Assembly: GCA_951406725.2 (NCBI GenBank)
Contig: OX597815.1
Location: forward strand, 79,670,001 to 79,734,000
Source: Octopus vulgaris
Taxonomy: Eukaryota
Direction of reading: 5' to 3'
DNA: 64,000 bases
Below the pieces are notes generated by a model that saw only the letters and a program-made list of their open reading frames with translations, was not told the DNA's origin and searched no databases. Position numbers and translations under genes: made by a program. Shown here piece by piece: positions 29,173 through 42,365 of this stretch. Each line of letters starts with the position of its first letter. Position 1 is the first letter of the stretch.

Positions 29173-29271
29173 AACTTGTTGGAAATTTCTCCTCCATTGT
29201 GATGATGGAAAATGTCTCTTGATCACGTTCACCTAAAACTAGGTATGAATCGGTTAGCCGAATAAATTTGG

Positions 29272-29688
29272 GTATCTTTTCGGTTTGAACGGCAGTTTTT
29301 AAAAATAATTTCCACGTAACTAAACACTTTTAAACTTCGTATACTGGTAGAATGTGTATATAAAACATCTTTTTCTCTTGGCTTTATTGAGAAAATTCTA
29401 TAGTTTGTAAGTTTAACGTAGTTTAATTTCTCGAATTTCGGCAATTTCAACCAATCAATGGCGTCTATTGAGGTAAAAACCATTCTGTGCCGTATGAATA
29501 TGTACCTCGTTTAAGAAATAGATTGGGTTTATTTACATTTCTGAAGAAAAAAGATACCCTTCCCCCCACCCCTAACCCTAACCCTAAAACAGATTGAAAT
29601 GCAATAGATCGATACTAGGGTCATAATTATGGGTGCCAATTTCATATGACACCGCTAGAAAAAACTGCCGTTCAAACCGAAAAGATCC
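29272..29688. mobile_element. MITE with ~28-bp TIRs, 8-bp TSD and internal (CCCTAA)3
   Basis: TIRs GTATCTTTTCGGTTTGAACGGCAGTTTT and AAAACTGCCGTTCAAACCGAAAAGATCC. TSD AAATTTGG at 29264-29271 and 29689-29696. The subterminal sequence is shared with 4539-5190. Confidence 0.88.
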
Positions 29689-31758
29689 AAATTTGGTAAC
29701 AGATAAAGCAATCGAGCAGCCAGTACTTAGTTTCTGGTCACTCGTGCTTTGCTATGTCAAGGGCTGGGACACTTACTTCTCGAAAGCTAATGTCCATTTT
29801 ATTTGTAAGGCGTACAATGTGATATAGTTCATCGCAGCACAACAGCTGCTGGATTGTAAAATTAATAAGTGTTTTTATTTTTCGCATCTTTCCCATGGAT
29901 ATGGCTATTGAATGGAAAGGTGGTTACTTCTGGCCTCATATAACACGTTCAAGTGAAGCCATGCGAAACTAAACTAATAAACCCTCCGACCCCGAGACAC
30001 TAACATAGAAAATTAAAACTAAATTCTGACACCATTCAACTATTTACAATGGTTTATGTACCCTGTCCACCTCAGTGGATGAAGGTTAACGGTTATCAAT
30101 GATGATGATGATGTTGTCGCTAATGATGATGGTGATGATGGTGATAATGATACTTTTTACCTAGGAACAAATAATGGCCGAGTCCACCTGGAACAGGTTA
30201 TTGTTCACAGCTGGGGATACTGATGACAATGACGGTGGTCATTTTGACGATAATATTGTTCATGATTAAAATATTAATGATGATGATGACCCATGATGAA
30301 AATCATAACTATGATGATGATCACATTGATGATGATGATTATCATCATCATCGTCATCATCATTATTGTCGTCGTCGTCATCATCATGATGATAATCATC
30401 ATCATTATTTTCGTCGTTGTCAATTTCATTTGTCCTCGTCGTCAAAAGTGGTCACACATCAGACGCCATGTTTGTCATATGCTTTTAACTATTTCTATTC
30501 ATCTTATAAACTAACCGGTAACTATGACACTACTACAAATTATAAACGACGACAACAACAATAACAAGATGACTATTAATTAACCTGTTGTTATATTGTT
30601 ATTGTTATAGTACAGTGTTGTATTGTAATTCTTAGTTTCAGGCTTTTTTCTCCTGTGTATTTTGTGTGGTTGTTTTTCTAACCGATGAATAAGAGAAGTC
30701 TGGATAGAAAAATGACAAAAGGCAAAGAAGAACAACAATAGCAACAATAATGATAATAATAACAACAACAAAAACAATAATAATCATGTTGATGATAATG
30801 ATGATGATAATAATTTCTGTAATAGCAAAACTATTTTAAGAGGAATATTTCTCTCAAAGAAACAAAAAAGAAAATAATGATCTTATACTTCTATCAAAGC
30901 ATCATTTCTGTCATATAACTGGGCTGACCTGAGGGCAAAGAACAATGACGACGATGACGACGACGACGACAATTATAACAAGAAGAAGAACAACAACAAT
31001 AATATCAGTATAATAGGATGGGCAACAAGGAATCTTCTGCGTCGTTGTTCGACCAACTAGAAATACCAGTCAAATCTGCCATAAACCTTACTCTTCAATC
31101 GTAAAAAAAAAACACGAAGGACCCACCTCTATAATAGGCCTGCTTGATTAAGACTGGAAGAATTTCTAAGCAACTGCATTATTTCATTTAATCTAAGAAC
31201 GGAACGGCTTATTAATAAAACACAATGTATGCATTCGATTCAGAAATCTGTCGAATGTATAACTAACAATTCTCAATGGAATCTAAGATTCGATACCTGG
31301 ATATAAAAATAAAACCGGCGAAACTTAGCCTTTTTAATTTCGTTTGAATGTAGTTCCATTTAGATACAGGTTTTGTGATTTGCTTCCCAAATCTACCAGA
31401 TTAGCAACACATCGTTTAAAGATTTTATTTTACACAGGCACACACACACATACACGCGTGCACGCACGCACGCCCACACGCACTAACGCATGCATGCATG
31501 CATGTTAGCATGTATGTATGTATGTATGTATGTATGTATGTATGTATCTACACACATTTCAACCACCTTTACTTATTCGTTTTTAATTTTCCCACCACCT
31601 ACTCCAGTTCTTTTATTTTTTCTGATGACAGACTTGTGTCCGAAGCGGCAAAGCTATTTCCCCCACTTTCTAAGCATTAAACTAATAAGACGTTGATTAG
31701 AACATGTCCTTCCTGTGTGATTTTCTTTTTGTGCTCATTGCTTTTATATGTATATCGA

Positions 31759-31836
<78 letters not shown>

Positions 31837-31982
31837 CTAGCTAGTCTGTCTGTCTGTCTGTCTATCTATCTACTAGCTAGTCTGTCTGCCTGCCTGTCTG
31901 CTGTCTGCCTGCCTGTCTGCTTGTCTGTCTGTCTCTGTCTCTGAATACAGTGAATACAGACACACACACACACACACACGCT

Positions 31983-32378
31983 TTTATTCTTTTACTTTTG
32001 TTTCAGTCATTTGAATCCGGCCATGCTGGAGACCTGCTTTGTAGGGCTTTATGTCGAAGAAATCGACCTCAGGACTTATTCTTTCTAATCATAGTACTTA
32101 TTCTATCGGTCTGAGGTAGAAGGTAAGTCTCTTTTGCCGAACCACTAAGTTACGATGACTTAAACACACCAACATCGGTCGTCAAGCGATGGTAGGGGTA
32201 CAAACAGACAGACAGACACACACACACACATATATATGTACGACGGGCTTCTTTCAGTTTCCGTCTACTAAATGCCCTCACAAGGCTTTGGCCGGCCGAG
32301 GCTATAGTAGTAGACATCTGTTACGCAGTGAGACTGAACTGGGAACCCTATGACTAGAAAGCAAGCTTCTTACCACAG
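31983..32378 (-). mobile_element. SINE (family of 43973-44471)
   Basis: Reverse complement of the head and tail blocks (TTTCAGTCATTT...GGCCATGCTGGAG...CGACGGGCTTCTTTCAGTTTCCGTCTAC...CTTACCACA). Confidence 0.8.
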
Positions 32379-32387
32379 ATATATATA

Positions 32388-32426
<39 letters not shown>

Positions 32427-32959
32427 TGTATATGTGTATGTATATGTATATATATATATGTATATATGTATATATATGTAGGATTTTATGTATTCGGATA
32501 AATATGTATATCCGTGTGTATGCGCGCGTGCGTAAAGGTTAATTGTATGTGCATTTATATATTCATAATTACACTGGGTTATATTTGTTAGTGACTTGAG
32601 GAGGACGCTTGGTTAGTAGAGAACGAGTAGCGTGTATGACTTTAGCAGGATCCCTGGAACGGAAAAGGAGAGTAAAGAGCAAGGAGCAGAAACTTAAGAA
32701 AAAACGTCGACATGCATACAGATGAAGTTCGCCCTGTAATGGCAACACTTTAAGAACTGTCCTCAATGCTTGGTGTCTGTTAACGGTCTCCAAAGAGGTC
32801 AGACAACCTGACCCCTTTGGAGTTTCTACCTACTGAAATTTACTTACAAGTTTTGTGTCTACCAGCAGGATCGAACCCGGAAATACGTGATTGCGAAGCA
32901 AACTTAATTACACGGCCATAAATACAAAATGAGTTTTCTCTTTATCTCATCTTCGTTCC

Positions 32960-32997
<38 letters not shown>

Positions 32998-33021
32998 TTG
33001 TGCGTACGCGCGTGTGCGTGT

Positions 33022-33056
<35 letters not shown>

Positions 33057-34806
33057 GATGTGTATATTAGGCGTCTGTTAGTGTTTTGTTCTGAAAGAAG
33101 CATTTTCTTACAGTATGTCTTAGCTATTGTATATACTGAGCGTGTGTTATATCCTATCAATAAGATTGTGTTGTGTCTGTGTATTAAAGTGCGTGTTGAT
33201 GTATGCGGCTGTCTGGGTTCGTGCATATATGTGTGTCCTAGACGTGTGTTCTGGGTACGTGGGAGGAGGATTGCTTGTCATGTACAGCAATAGATGACAA
33301 TGGAGTGCTTTTAAAAGGTGTAATATCGTTGTAATGGCGCACCAATAACTTTTAAGTGTCATTATGGTGGAAAGACAAGCAAATAGAAAGAAAAAAAAAA
33401 AGAAAAGAGATCGAGCGAAAAATAAAGAAAGACAATAAAAGGGTGAAGGAAAGAAGATGGGATGGCGGACGATAAAGGGAGAGAACTATGAAAAGACAGG
33501 TAGAAAAAAAAAAGACAGACCGTTGTCAAGCTTCTCGTTATAGCTTTGAATACATTTCTCTCCTTTTCTCTGTCTCTTTCTTTTTTCCACACATGTTTGC
33601 TTCACCCCTCACACATACTCGCGCACATGCGAGCAACACACACACACACAAACACACACACACACGCGCGCGCGCACACATTGTTATTACTCTTTAAGTA
33701 TCTATATCATTCACACATGCATACCTCTCAGTTCATACAATGTGTTTATGAACGCACACGTGTGCATGTATGGCTATGCTATGCATATGTGTGTGCATTT
33801 GTGCGTGCGTGCGTGCGTGTGTGTGTGTGTACGTGTGTCTATATAAACATTGGCGTCACTAAGCGGCTTGACAAAGGAAGATAAATGAAGCAAAGAAAGA
33901 AAGAATGAAAAAGAAGAAAAACAAAGATTTCAGAAACACACACACGCACACACATACACACACATACACACATATACACACATACACACACACATGCACG
34001 CACATATACTCATGTATGTGTGTTTACGTTTGTATATATATATGTGTGTGTGTGTGTATGTGCATATACATACACGTTCGTATCTATGCAGATACACAAA
34101 AGCGTATAGTCAGACACACTTCAAGTGAATCAAAAATGAAGAGATACAAAAAAAAAAAGAACTAAGTAAGATGGAAATAAAATTAAAAGAAAACTAGGAA
34201 GGGACAAAACAGGTGAATGAAAGTCGGGGTAGACATACTATGGTGTGAGGTGGGGTAGGATCTGGGTGGGAAGAGTCGAGATTGTTATGCGGTTTTTCTA
34301 TTTTTCTACTTTCTGACAGTTGACGGCTGAAACTGAAGGTGTATTACTTGGACATCACAAGAACGACTTCGGCTTTGAATAGTCGTGGAGAAGTAGTATT
34401 TCAGTACATCATCATCAACATTATCATCCTCACCACTACCACCAACACAACCACCACAACCACCAAAACCATCATTACCATCACCACCGCCTGCCCCCCT
34501 CATTTTCGTCATCATAATCATTGTTGATGTTAGGAGGAAGGGGATTGGTAGAAATGGTTTGTATTGAAGTACGAGATAAAATGTTTTTATGGTATTTATT
34601 TACATTCCTTGTTCAAATCTAATGACGGTGGATTTAAGTCTATGGAATTTAAGCATGCGAAAAAGGCGAAAAAGAAAAGAAATCAAGGTAAAAATAGGAA
34701 AACTAATAAATGAAGCAATGAAAGAAGAAAAAGAAGGCAAATGATTAAAGAAGAAAGGAAAACAAAGGGGGAAGGATTTAGAAACATATACACACTCACG
34801 TGTACA

Positions 34807-34872
<66 letters not shown>

Positions 34873-34900
34873 CATACATACATATATATACATACATACA

Positions 34901-34989
<89 letters not shown>

Positions 34990-35219
34990 ATCTATCTTTT
35001 CTGTTTGGTTGCCATCGTCAATTTCTGATCGAATTGATTTCACATTCAATGTAATGATACACTTTTATAGGCTAATCAATGTCACGAAAATCATTTTCGC
35101 CATAAATCAACAGTTGTTAGCAATTAAAGTTTGGAAATTTGGGGATAAGTTTAACCAACCGTAAGCCACTGACACATTCATACCTGTTTCCATAGGAACA
35201 AGCGGAACACGAGAACTTT

Positions 35220-36030
35220 TGTCTGCGAGGAAGCACGTGTTGACAAATATATTGAAACCACTTGTTGACGCTGTGTTCTACTATTTTATCCACCTGGAAA
35301 TTTTACCGATCTCATTGATTATGACATCAAGCACCGGTAACCACGCTTCTATGATCGTGACACTGAAAACAGAGGAGGATGCTATGTCGTACCTACAAGA
35401 AAAGGGTGTTGTACTCAAAAGAAAATTATGTAAAAAGAAGCATGTTATGAGTACAATAAAGACGTGGTGGAAATGTGTACTGGCGACGCTCGCGCTGAAA
35501 ATGCATGGAGTCTGTGTCAGTGAGGAAAAACACATGGTTTGAAGGTGACACGCTTCCTCTTAGGACTGTAGTGCTTTTCCTTTACTCATGGGTTAAGGAA
35601 TTGACTTCAGTCCGGTTTTGTGTTGAAGAACCGGGGATGAACCATTGCACAGCTGTTGATTATAAATTAATGGTTACAGTTTTGAGCATAGAACTGTGAA
35701 CCACGCAGCGTTGAGCTTGTTAACTCGAAAGATGGTAACCTCACTCAACAAGTAGAGAGTACATGGGCCTCTGTATGCATATTGAATGCTTAAAACTACA
35801 AAAGACATGTTGTTTACTCTTTCTTTTTTGTTGCTGTTGTCATTGAGGTGGTTATGATAAAAATAACGACTAAATAACGCTTTAGGATAAACATTTCAAG
35901 TTCGTTGCTATCGCATTAAATGCATACTGAATGCCTCAAACTACAAAAGACGTGTTGTTTACTCGTTTTACGCGTGTAGTATACAAATATTGACAACACG
36001 TGCTATTTTCAGGATGTTGACAAAATGTGC
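35220..36030 (+). mobile_element. Merlin (IS1016/ISXO2-like) DNA transposon relic, internally deleted
   Basis: N-terminal fragments EEDAMSYLQEKGVV...C and SVRKNTWFEGDTLPLRTVVLFLYSW. C-terminal RTVNH...VNSKDGNLTQQVESTW matches the IS1595-family TVNH...HTQxIExxW motif. An imperfect inverted motif GCACGTGTTG lies at ~35233 and ~35994. Confidence 0.7.
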
Positions 36031-36224
36031 AGTCACGCACAAAATGACAGCTTCCAAATCATGTTTCCTGACCAAGGTGAAAATGATCAGACTTCAAAAA
36101 CATTTTTCTGGAAAGAGTGAAATAACCCCAGCAATTCAGCTTTGAAAACTACATTAATGTGCCAAATTTTAAAATTTTCGATAAACATTCATTTCTGCAA
36201 TGCTCGCAGCCAAACAGAAAATAT

Positions 36225-36264
<40 letters not shown>

Positions 36265-36268
<4 letters not shown>

Positions 36269-37042
36269 AAACAAGTCAAAAATAGAAAATGCTAAAATAA
36301 TTTTATAGTGAACATTTCAGTACCGGTTTCGGTCATTTTGAGACCTTTTCAACTGTAACGATTAAATAATTAAATTTAGAAAAATTAGAAGAAAAGTTTT
36401 TTTAAAAGAATATTTCTATAGTAGTGTTCAGATTTAAGTGGCATTCTGCCTTTCTCTGACTCCCTTGTTTGCACTTGTCGGAGGTCGTTGTGAGTTCTTG
36501 GAAGGGTAGTAGAGGAAGAAGGCTGGTGGGGAAAGGGGGATGGGAGAATCTGGGAGTGCCCTGATGGTCGTATTTTGAATGGTCAGTGGCGGCTGGCAGT
36601 CTCAGTTCAATTCAGGAGAATATTTATATTGACAGGCTTGTTTATAGAATTAGCGTAGGTGTTATACTAAAAAACATTAGAGACAAAGTTAAGGGGTAGG
36701 GGGTGGAGAAGAGAGAAGAAGAAGAAGAAGAAGAAGAAGAAGAAGAAGAAGAAGAAGAAGAAGAAGAAGGAGAAGATGACGATGATGGTGGTGGTGGTGA
36801 TGATTATGACGACGATGATGATGATAATGATGATGATGAAGAAGAAGAAGAAGAAGAAGAAGAAGGAGGAGAAGGAGAAGATGGTGGTGATGATGGTGGT
36901 GATGATGATGACGACGATGATGATGATAATGATGATGATGAAGAAGAAGAGGAAGAAGAAGAAGAAGAAAAAAACAGAGAAGGGGAATATGAATGGGTGT
37001 AAGTATAGCTATGAAGGGGCTGATTAGTAATGGATTCTATGG
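36265..37042 (-). repeat. 3' pLTR (contains (GAA)n/(GAT)n tracts and a hammerhead motif)
   Basis: Reverse complement of 39632-40424 with only a few differences. Confidence 0.93.
36313..36360 (-). ncRNA. Minimal type I hammerhead motif, U3-A8 core variant
   Basis: Minus strand CGTTACAG-TTGAAAA-GGTC-TCAAAAT-GACC-GAAACCGGTA-CTGAAATG: stem I with one mismatch, 4-bp stem II, palindromic stem III, GUA site. Confidence 0.75.
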
Positions 37043-37100
37043 AGTGTAATATTTGTGTGTGTATATATATTTTTTTCTTTTATTCTAAAGTTGAGGTATA

Positions 37101-39370
37101 TTAATTGTTTGTCGTAGACCCGTTTAGAAGTGGCTTGTATTTTGTAATAAAGAGATTTTCTTTACTTATTCGTTGTCTCGAGGTTGTATCGTCCCTAAAT
37201 TGGTAGAGGGGGAAAATTCTGAAGTTTGGTGTTTTTTTGTTGGCGCAAGTATCTATGTGTTGGCTAAAAGCTATTTTTCTGTTTTGGGGAATTTTTATCT
37301 GGGATCTGTGCAGGGCCATTCGTTTACGCAAACCATTTTTTGTTTGGCCTATGTACTGCTCTTGACACCCGGAGCAGGTTAGTGAGTATATTAGGTTCTC
37401 CGAAGCACATGTGAAGTTGCTTTTCACTGTAAACCGTTGTCCCTGCTTGAAGGAGAACTCTGATCCCTCAATTAGATAGTCGCATATCCCGCAATTGGGT
37501 CTTCCACATTTTTTTACTGTCGGCTTCTGTGTTGAGGAGTGAATTCGGGCTTGTGTAAGGAGACTTTTCATGGATCTAGGCTGTCTTTTGCTTTTTATGA
37601 TCGTGTGTGTTTGGAGGATTGTGTTCATTCTGTGGTCTTTTTTTAGGAGGGGTATGTTGTGGAGGATGGTGTCGAAGGCTTCGTTATTGAGAGGGTTGTG
37701 TGTGGAGATGTATGGTAAGGCTTTTGGTTGTAAGTTTTTCTTTGATTTGGGATGTCTCAGTTCTTTGATGTTAAGTTGAAGGGCACGTTGAATGCACTTG
37801 TCAATAAGTGAAGGTGGATAGTTCCTGGTGATTAGGGTATCTTTTAGTTCTTGTAGTCGTGTGTCTCTGGTGTTTGCGTTAGAGACTATAGTGCATATCC
37901 TTTTTGCTAGATTGAAGGGGATATTCATCCTGGTGTGTCTGGGGTGGCATGAATTGAATGGAAGATATTGCTTAGAGTCTGTAGGCTTATAGTATATGTC
38001 TGTTTCTATTATATTATTAGCTTTCTTAATGAGGATATCGAGGAAGGGGAGTTGTTGTTGGCTATATTCCATCGTGAATTAGATGTTTACGTCCAGTCCG
38101 TTTAAAATTTTCTGGAATTCTATGAGTTTTTCTATATTTTTATGCCAAAGGATGAAACAGTCATCTAGATATCTCTTCCAGTTGTTTTCTATGTAGATGG
38201 AGAAAGGGCTGCCATATCTTTCTAGAACCTTACGATACAGACTGATCTCTAGGTATCCTATGACTAGGTTGGCAAAGGAGGGGGCCATTCGTGTACCCAT
38301 CGCAGTCCCCGATTTTTGTCGGTAGAAGTTGTCATTGAAGGCGAAGAAGTTATTTTCCAGGATGAATTTGACCCCTTCTATCACAAATTCTTTTTTGATG
38401 CGGTGTGGTAGTTCGTTGGCGTGATTCTCTAGTCAGAATTGGATTGCCTCTAGTCCTAGGTTGTGGGGGATATTGGAGTAGAGGTTGACTACATCGAAGG
38501 ATACCAGTATGGTGTTTTTGTTTATAGTATTCGGTAGGTGATTGAGCATATCTAAGTCGTCCCTTATATAGCTTTTGACATGTTTGAGGAGTGGTTTTAA
38601 CAGGGTGTCTAAAAAGTTACTGAGGCGGTGGGTTTCGCATGCGGGACCTGCTATTATGGGTCTCAATTTGAGGTCATTAGGATTAGGGACTTTAATTATT
38701 TTGTCTGTAGCTATCTTGCATGCGTTGCTTATTTTTTCACTTTTGTGGATCTTAGGTATACCGTAGAATTGGCTAGTTTTACTTGTGAAATTGGTCATAT
38801 AATCATATTCTTTGTCGGTGAGCCCTGCTTTGTATGGGTTTAATATGGATTTTAGTTCCCTCATTATTTTTTGTTGACTGTAGTTTTGTGCCTTTTCATA
38901 GTATGTTGTGTCTTCCAGCATAGAAAGTACCAAAGTTATGTAAAATGTCGTATCCATTAAGACAACAGCACTCCCTTTATCGGCCTCTTTGATTGTTATT
39001 GTTTTATCTAGTTTTAATTTGTTCAACTCAGCCCATTCTTTTTTGCTGAAGTTTGGTTTGTGTTTTTGTTTGTGCATATGTTGATATGGGTAATTTGATA
39101 TGTGGTCACAGAAATCATCAAGTGTTTTATTCTTACCTTTCGAGGGGGTGTAGTTACTCCTATTTCTGGCTAACGATTCGTCCTCGTTGTATTTATCGTA
39201 TAGCTCCTCAGTAAGTCTTAATTTTCTGCAGAATTCTGCGATGTCTTCTTTCATTTCATTGTAGTTGGGGTGTTGTGGGGTGGGTGTAAACTTGAGTCCT
39301 TTGGAAAGTATGTTTATTTGGTTTGCTGTTAGTTCCTTGTGAGTTAGATTAATAATTTTTATTACTTTTG
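37101..39370 (-). pseudogene. PLE polyprotein (RT + GIY-YIG) with two in-frame stops and one 5' frameshift
   Basis: IINLTHKELT...(fs)KGLKFTPTP, IKEADKGSAVV, FYGIPKIHK, LRPIIAG, SFDVVNLYSNIP, GTAMGT, WKRYLDDCFI, NLIYSLTCSGCQEQYIGQT. The ORFs 38433-39254, 38079-38384 and 37101-38072 share one frame, broken at W>TGA (38433) and Q>TAA (38079) relative to the 26.5-kb paralog. Confidence 0.93.
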
Positions 39371-39631
39371 GTTCCTCCTGCTTGTTTGGTGCTATCTTGT
39401 GTCTCTGTGTTTGCGTATTGGGTCTAAAAAATGAATGCGGTGGTTGGGACGGTAGCTAGTATATAGTTGTTCTTTGTTGATTAGGGGTCTCCTGTTGTGA
39501 TTTATGGTGTGTGTTCTTGGAGCAGTATTGAGGAGAGCATCCCGATATCCCATATTCGGGTGTGGTGTTCTAGGAGGCCTTCGTTGGTAATCATTGCAAG
39601 TGGTGTGGGTTTGTTGTGCATGGTTGTTTAA

Positions 39632-40424
39632 CCATAGAATCCATTACTAATCAGCCCCTTCATAGCTATACTTACACCCATTCATATTCCCCCTTCTCTG
39701 TTTTTTTCTTCTTCTTCTTCTTCCTCTTCTTCTTCATCATCATCATTATCATCATCATCGTCGTCATCATCATCACCACCATCATCACCACCATCTTCTC
39801 CTTCTCCTCCTTCTTCTTCTTCTTCTTCTTCTTCTTCATCATCATCATTATCATCATCATCGTCGTCATAATCATCACCACCACCACCATCATCGTCATC
39901 TTCTCCTTCTCCTTCTTCTTCTTCTTCTTCTTCTTCTTCTTCTTCTTCTTCTTCTTCTTCTTCTACTTCTCCACCCCCTACCCCTTAACTTTGTCTCTAA
40001 TGTTTTTTAGTATAACACCTACGCTAATTCTATAAACAAGCCTGTCAATATAAATATTCTCCTGAATTGAACTGAGACTGCCAGCCGCCACTGACCATTC
40101 AAAATACGACCATCAGGGCACTCCCAGATTCTCCCATCCCCCTTTCCCCACCAGCCTTCTTCCTCTACTACCCTTCCAAGAACTCACAACGACCTCCGAC
40201 ACACAAGTGCAAACAAGGGAGTCAGAGAAAGACAGAATGCCACTTAAATCTGAACACTACTATAGAAATATTCTTTTAAAAAAACTTTTCTTCTAATTTT
40301 TCTAAATTTAATTATTTAATCGTTACAGTTGAAAAGGCCTCAAAATGACCGAAACCGGTACTGAAATGTTCACTATAAAATTATTTTAGCATTTTATATT
40401 TTTGACTTGTTTTTTCATATATAT
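39632..40424 (+). repeat. Inverted 5' pLTR copy
   Basis: Reverse complement of 36265-37042. Confidence 0.93.
40321..40368 (+). ncRNA. Second copy of the U3-A8 hammerhead motif in the inverted pLTR
   Basis: CGTTACAG-TTGAAAA-GGCC-TCAAAAT-GACC-GAAACCGGTA-CTGAAATG, with one stem II mismatch relative to the left copy. Confidence 0.7.
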
Positions 40425-41323
40425 CAACTCGTGTGTTCCTTTTCACCCTTATACATATAGTGTGCGCGCGCGTGTGTGTGTGTGTGTGTGTGCAGGTATG
40501 TAGGCATACAATTGCTGTAAATTACACGCGAAAAATATGACATTTCTATAATCAACAACACAAATGTGATTAGAACGACACGTTTAGCAACAACAACAGG
40601 CACATTTTGCCTAATGAAAATAATTTTGGAATTTTAACGTCAGCTACAAAGTGGAAATCTAACCTCTCTTGCTAATGATACCAACAAGGAATGGGCACCA
40701 GATGTGGCCATCTTGCTGATAGAACAACTATCCAGCAGTACAATGCAAGCCTAACGTTTTTGTTTGAAGGCATCATACAAACACAAGAGAAGAGGGAAAT
40801 GATATATACATTTTCAAAGTTACAGTGATTCTTCTTGTGCACTCAAATGAGCAGTGGGAGATACATCTAACCGATACGTGACAGAGTATTTCCTTTATAG
40901 AACTTGGAAGAACTATGGAACTATGTATGTTTCCATGACAGTAGAAACATACTAGGAAACCGAGCGAAAACAAACATGGAGGGTTGTTAGATCAGAACGA
41001 GAGGAAAATAGTGAAAGCTGTTATTTTCCTCTCCTTCTGGTCTAAGGACCTCTATGTTTTTCTCGTTCGGTTTCCTTGTATGTCTCCACTGTCATGTTTT
41101 TGTTCTCAACTTTGACTCCCCCATAAATCCTAAGTTTTATTTTAGAATTTATGGGAGCAACTGTCTTTAAAGACTTAAATTGTCGTTGAATGCTCGAAAT
41201 GAGGAATAGATAGACAGCCGACAATTGATGAAGGGCCCTTTCTCTGTGTTTATTTTTCCTGTTTTCAATTTTTTTTACTCGTTAAACTTGTTATAAATTC
41301 TAACAACTTGTTTCCTTCATTAT

Positions 41324-41401
<78 letters not shown>

Positions 41402-41607
41402 GTATGATGAAGTTATGGAATGAAGTTCCATAAATCTCATCAAATTCGTTAAAAAAATATATATATATTGTGTGTGTGTGTGATGTATATGATATATTTA
41501 TATATTATTGCTCTCGTGCTTTATGAAGTTTTTGGGGGCCTAGCTGTTGAGAGCAAGAAAACAAATTCTTAATGTTTGACGAGTATTTTTTCTATATTGT
41601 TCCAATT

Positions 41608-42365
41608 CCGAAAGTTACTCGAGTAATAGTCGATCTCATGTAAAAGTCGACCTCTTATTTTTGGCTAAAAAATTGGGAATTTTCCATACACCCAGTGTAA
41701 AAGTCGACACCAGTATTTCACGAACAACAGGACGACAGTTGTAGGTCAAGGTACCGTATTATCCTGTACGTAGAAATAACACTGTTACAAAAGTTGTCTA
41801 CCTTAGTGTAGCCTGCACACTAGGTAGAATGTTTGGTGCTTATAATGGAATGCTCGGTGCTTATAGTAAAACACCATTTAATAGCAAGCACTGCACATCT
41901 GTTGATGGGTGCTACATCACCATTTTAAAAATGTATGCACAGGATATCCTGCAAGCCTGCATACATCTCCAAGCACAATACACACATGCATCATACACTC
42001 ATTGTTTACACGGTGAGAAACGTCTTTTACAGACAGCACTATTGGCAAACTCTGGCAAACATCGCTGTCTGAATCCGTACAAAGTTATGTCTTTGGTAAG
42101 CCTAAAAACATTCAATTAATCGCAAAATGTTTATGTTTTACTAGGACTTGTGTTTTGACTCATATAATTGGTAATATTGCTGTAATTCATTGTGCTTTTG
42201 TTTTTATTCGCCCAGAGATCAGTTTGATTTCTGCCGCTGATACGGTACTTCGGATTCTAACTTGAATTTCAACCCCTCAAAAGTAGAATCCTTGTAATAG
42301 TCGACTCCATAAATTTGACCATAGAAAATGGACTAAAAATTCGACTTGTACACGAGAATATACGG
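41608..42365. mobile_element. Pogo/Tc2-type MITE, diverged
   Basis: Left end CCGAAAGTTACTCGAGTAATAGTCGA with repeated TAAAAGTCGAC; right end TCGACTTGTACACGAGAATATACGG|TA. Confidence 0.6.

Larger units (their letters stand above)
36265..40424 (-). mobile_element. Penelope-like element with inverted terminal pLTRs
   Basis: RT-GIY-YIG region flanked by near-identical inverted repeats at 36265-37042 and 39632-40424; the 3' end abuts (AT)n. Confidence 0.95.

Noticed and set aside
36703-37002. Acidic poly-E/D ORF (and its mirror at 39616-40035)
   Set aside because: (GAA)/(GAT) tracts inside the pLTR, duplicated with it; no evidence of translation.
38079-38435. Stop-codon readthrough or alternative genetic code in the PLE RT
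   Set aside because: The paralog at 26.5 kb has W and Q at these positions; single transitions (TGG>TGA, CAA>TAA) explain them.
41215-41295. TTGATGAAGG possible HHR/pLTR relic
   Set aside because: No GAAA half or stems recoverable.
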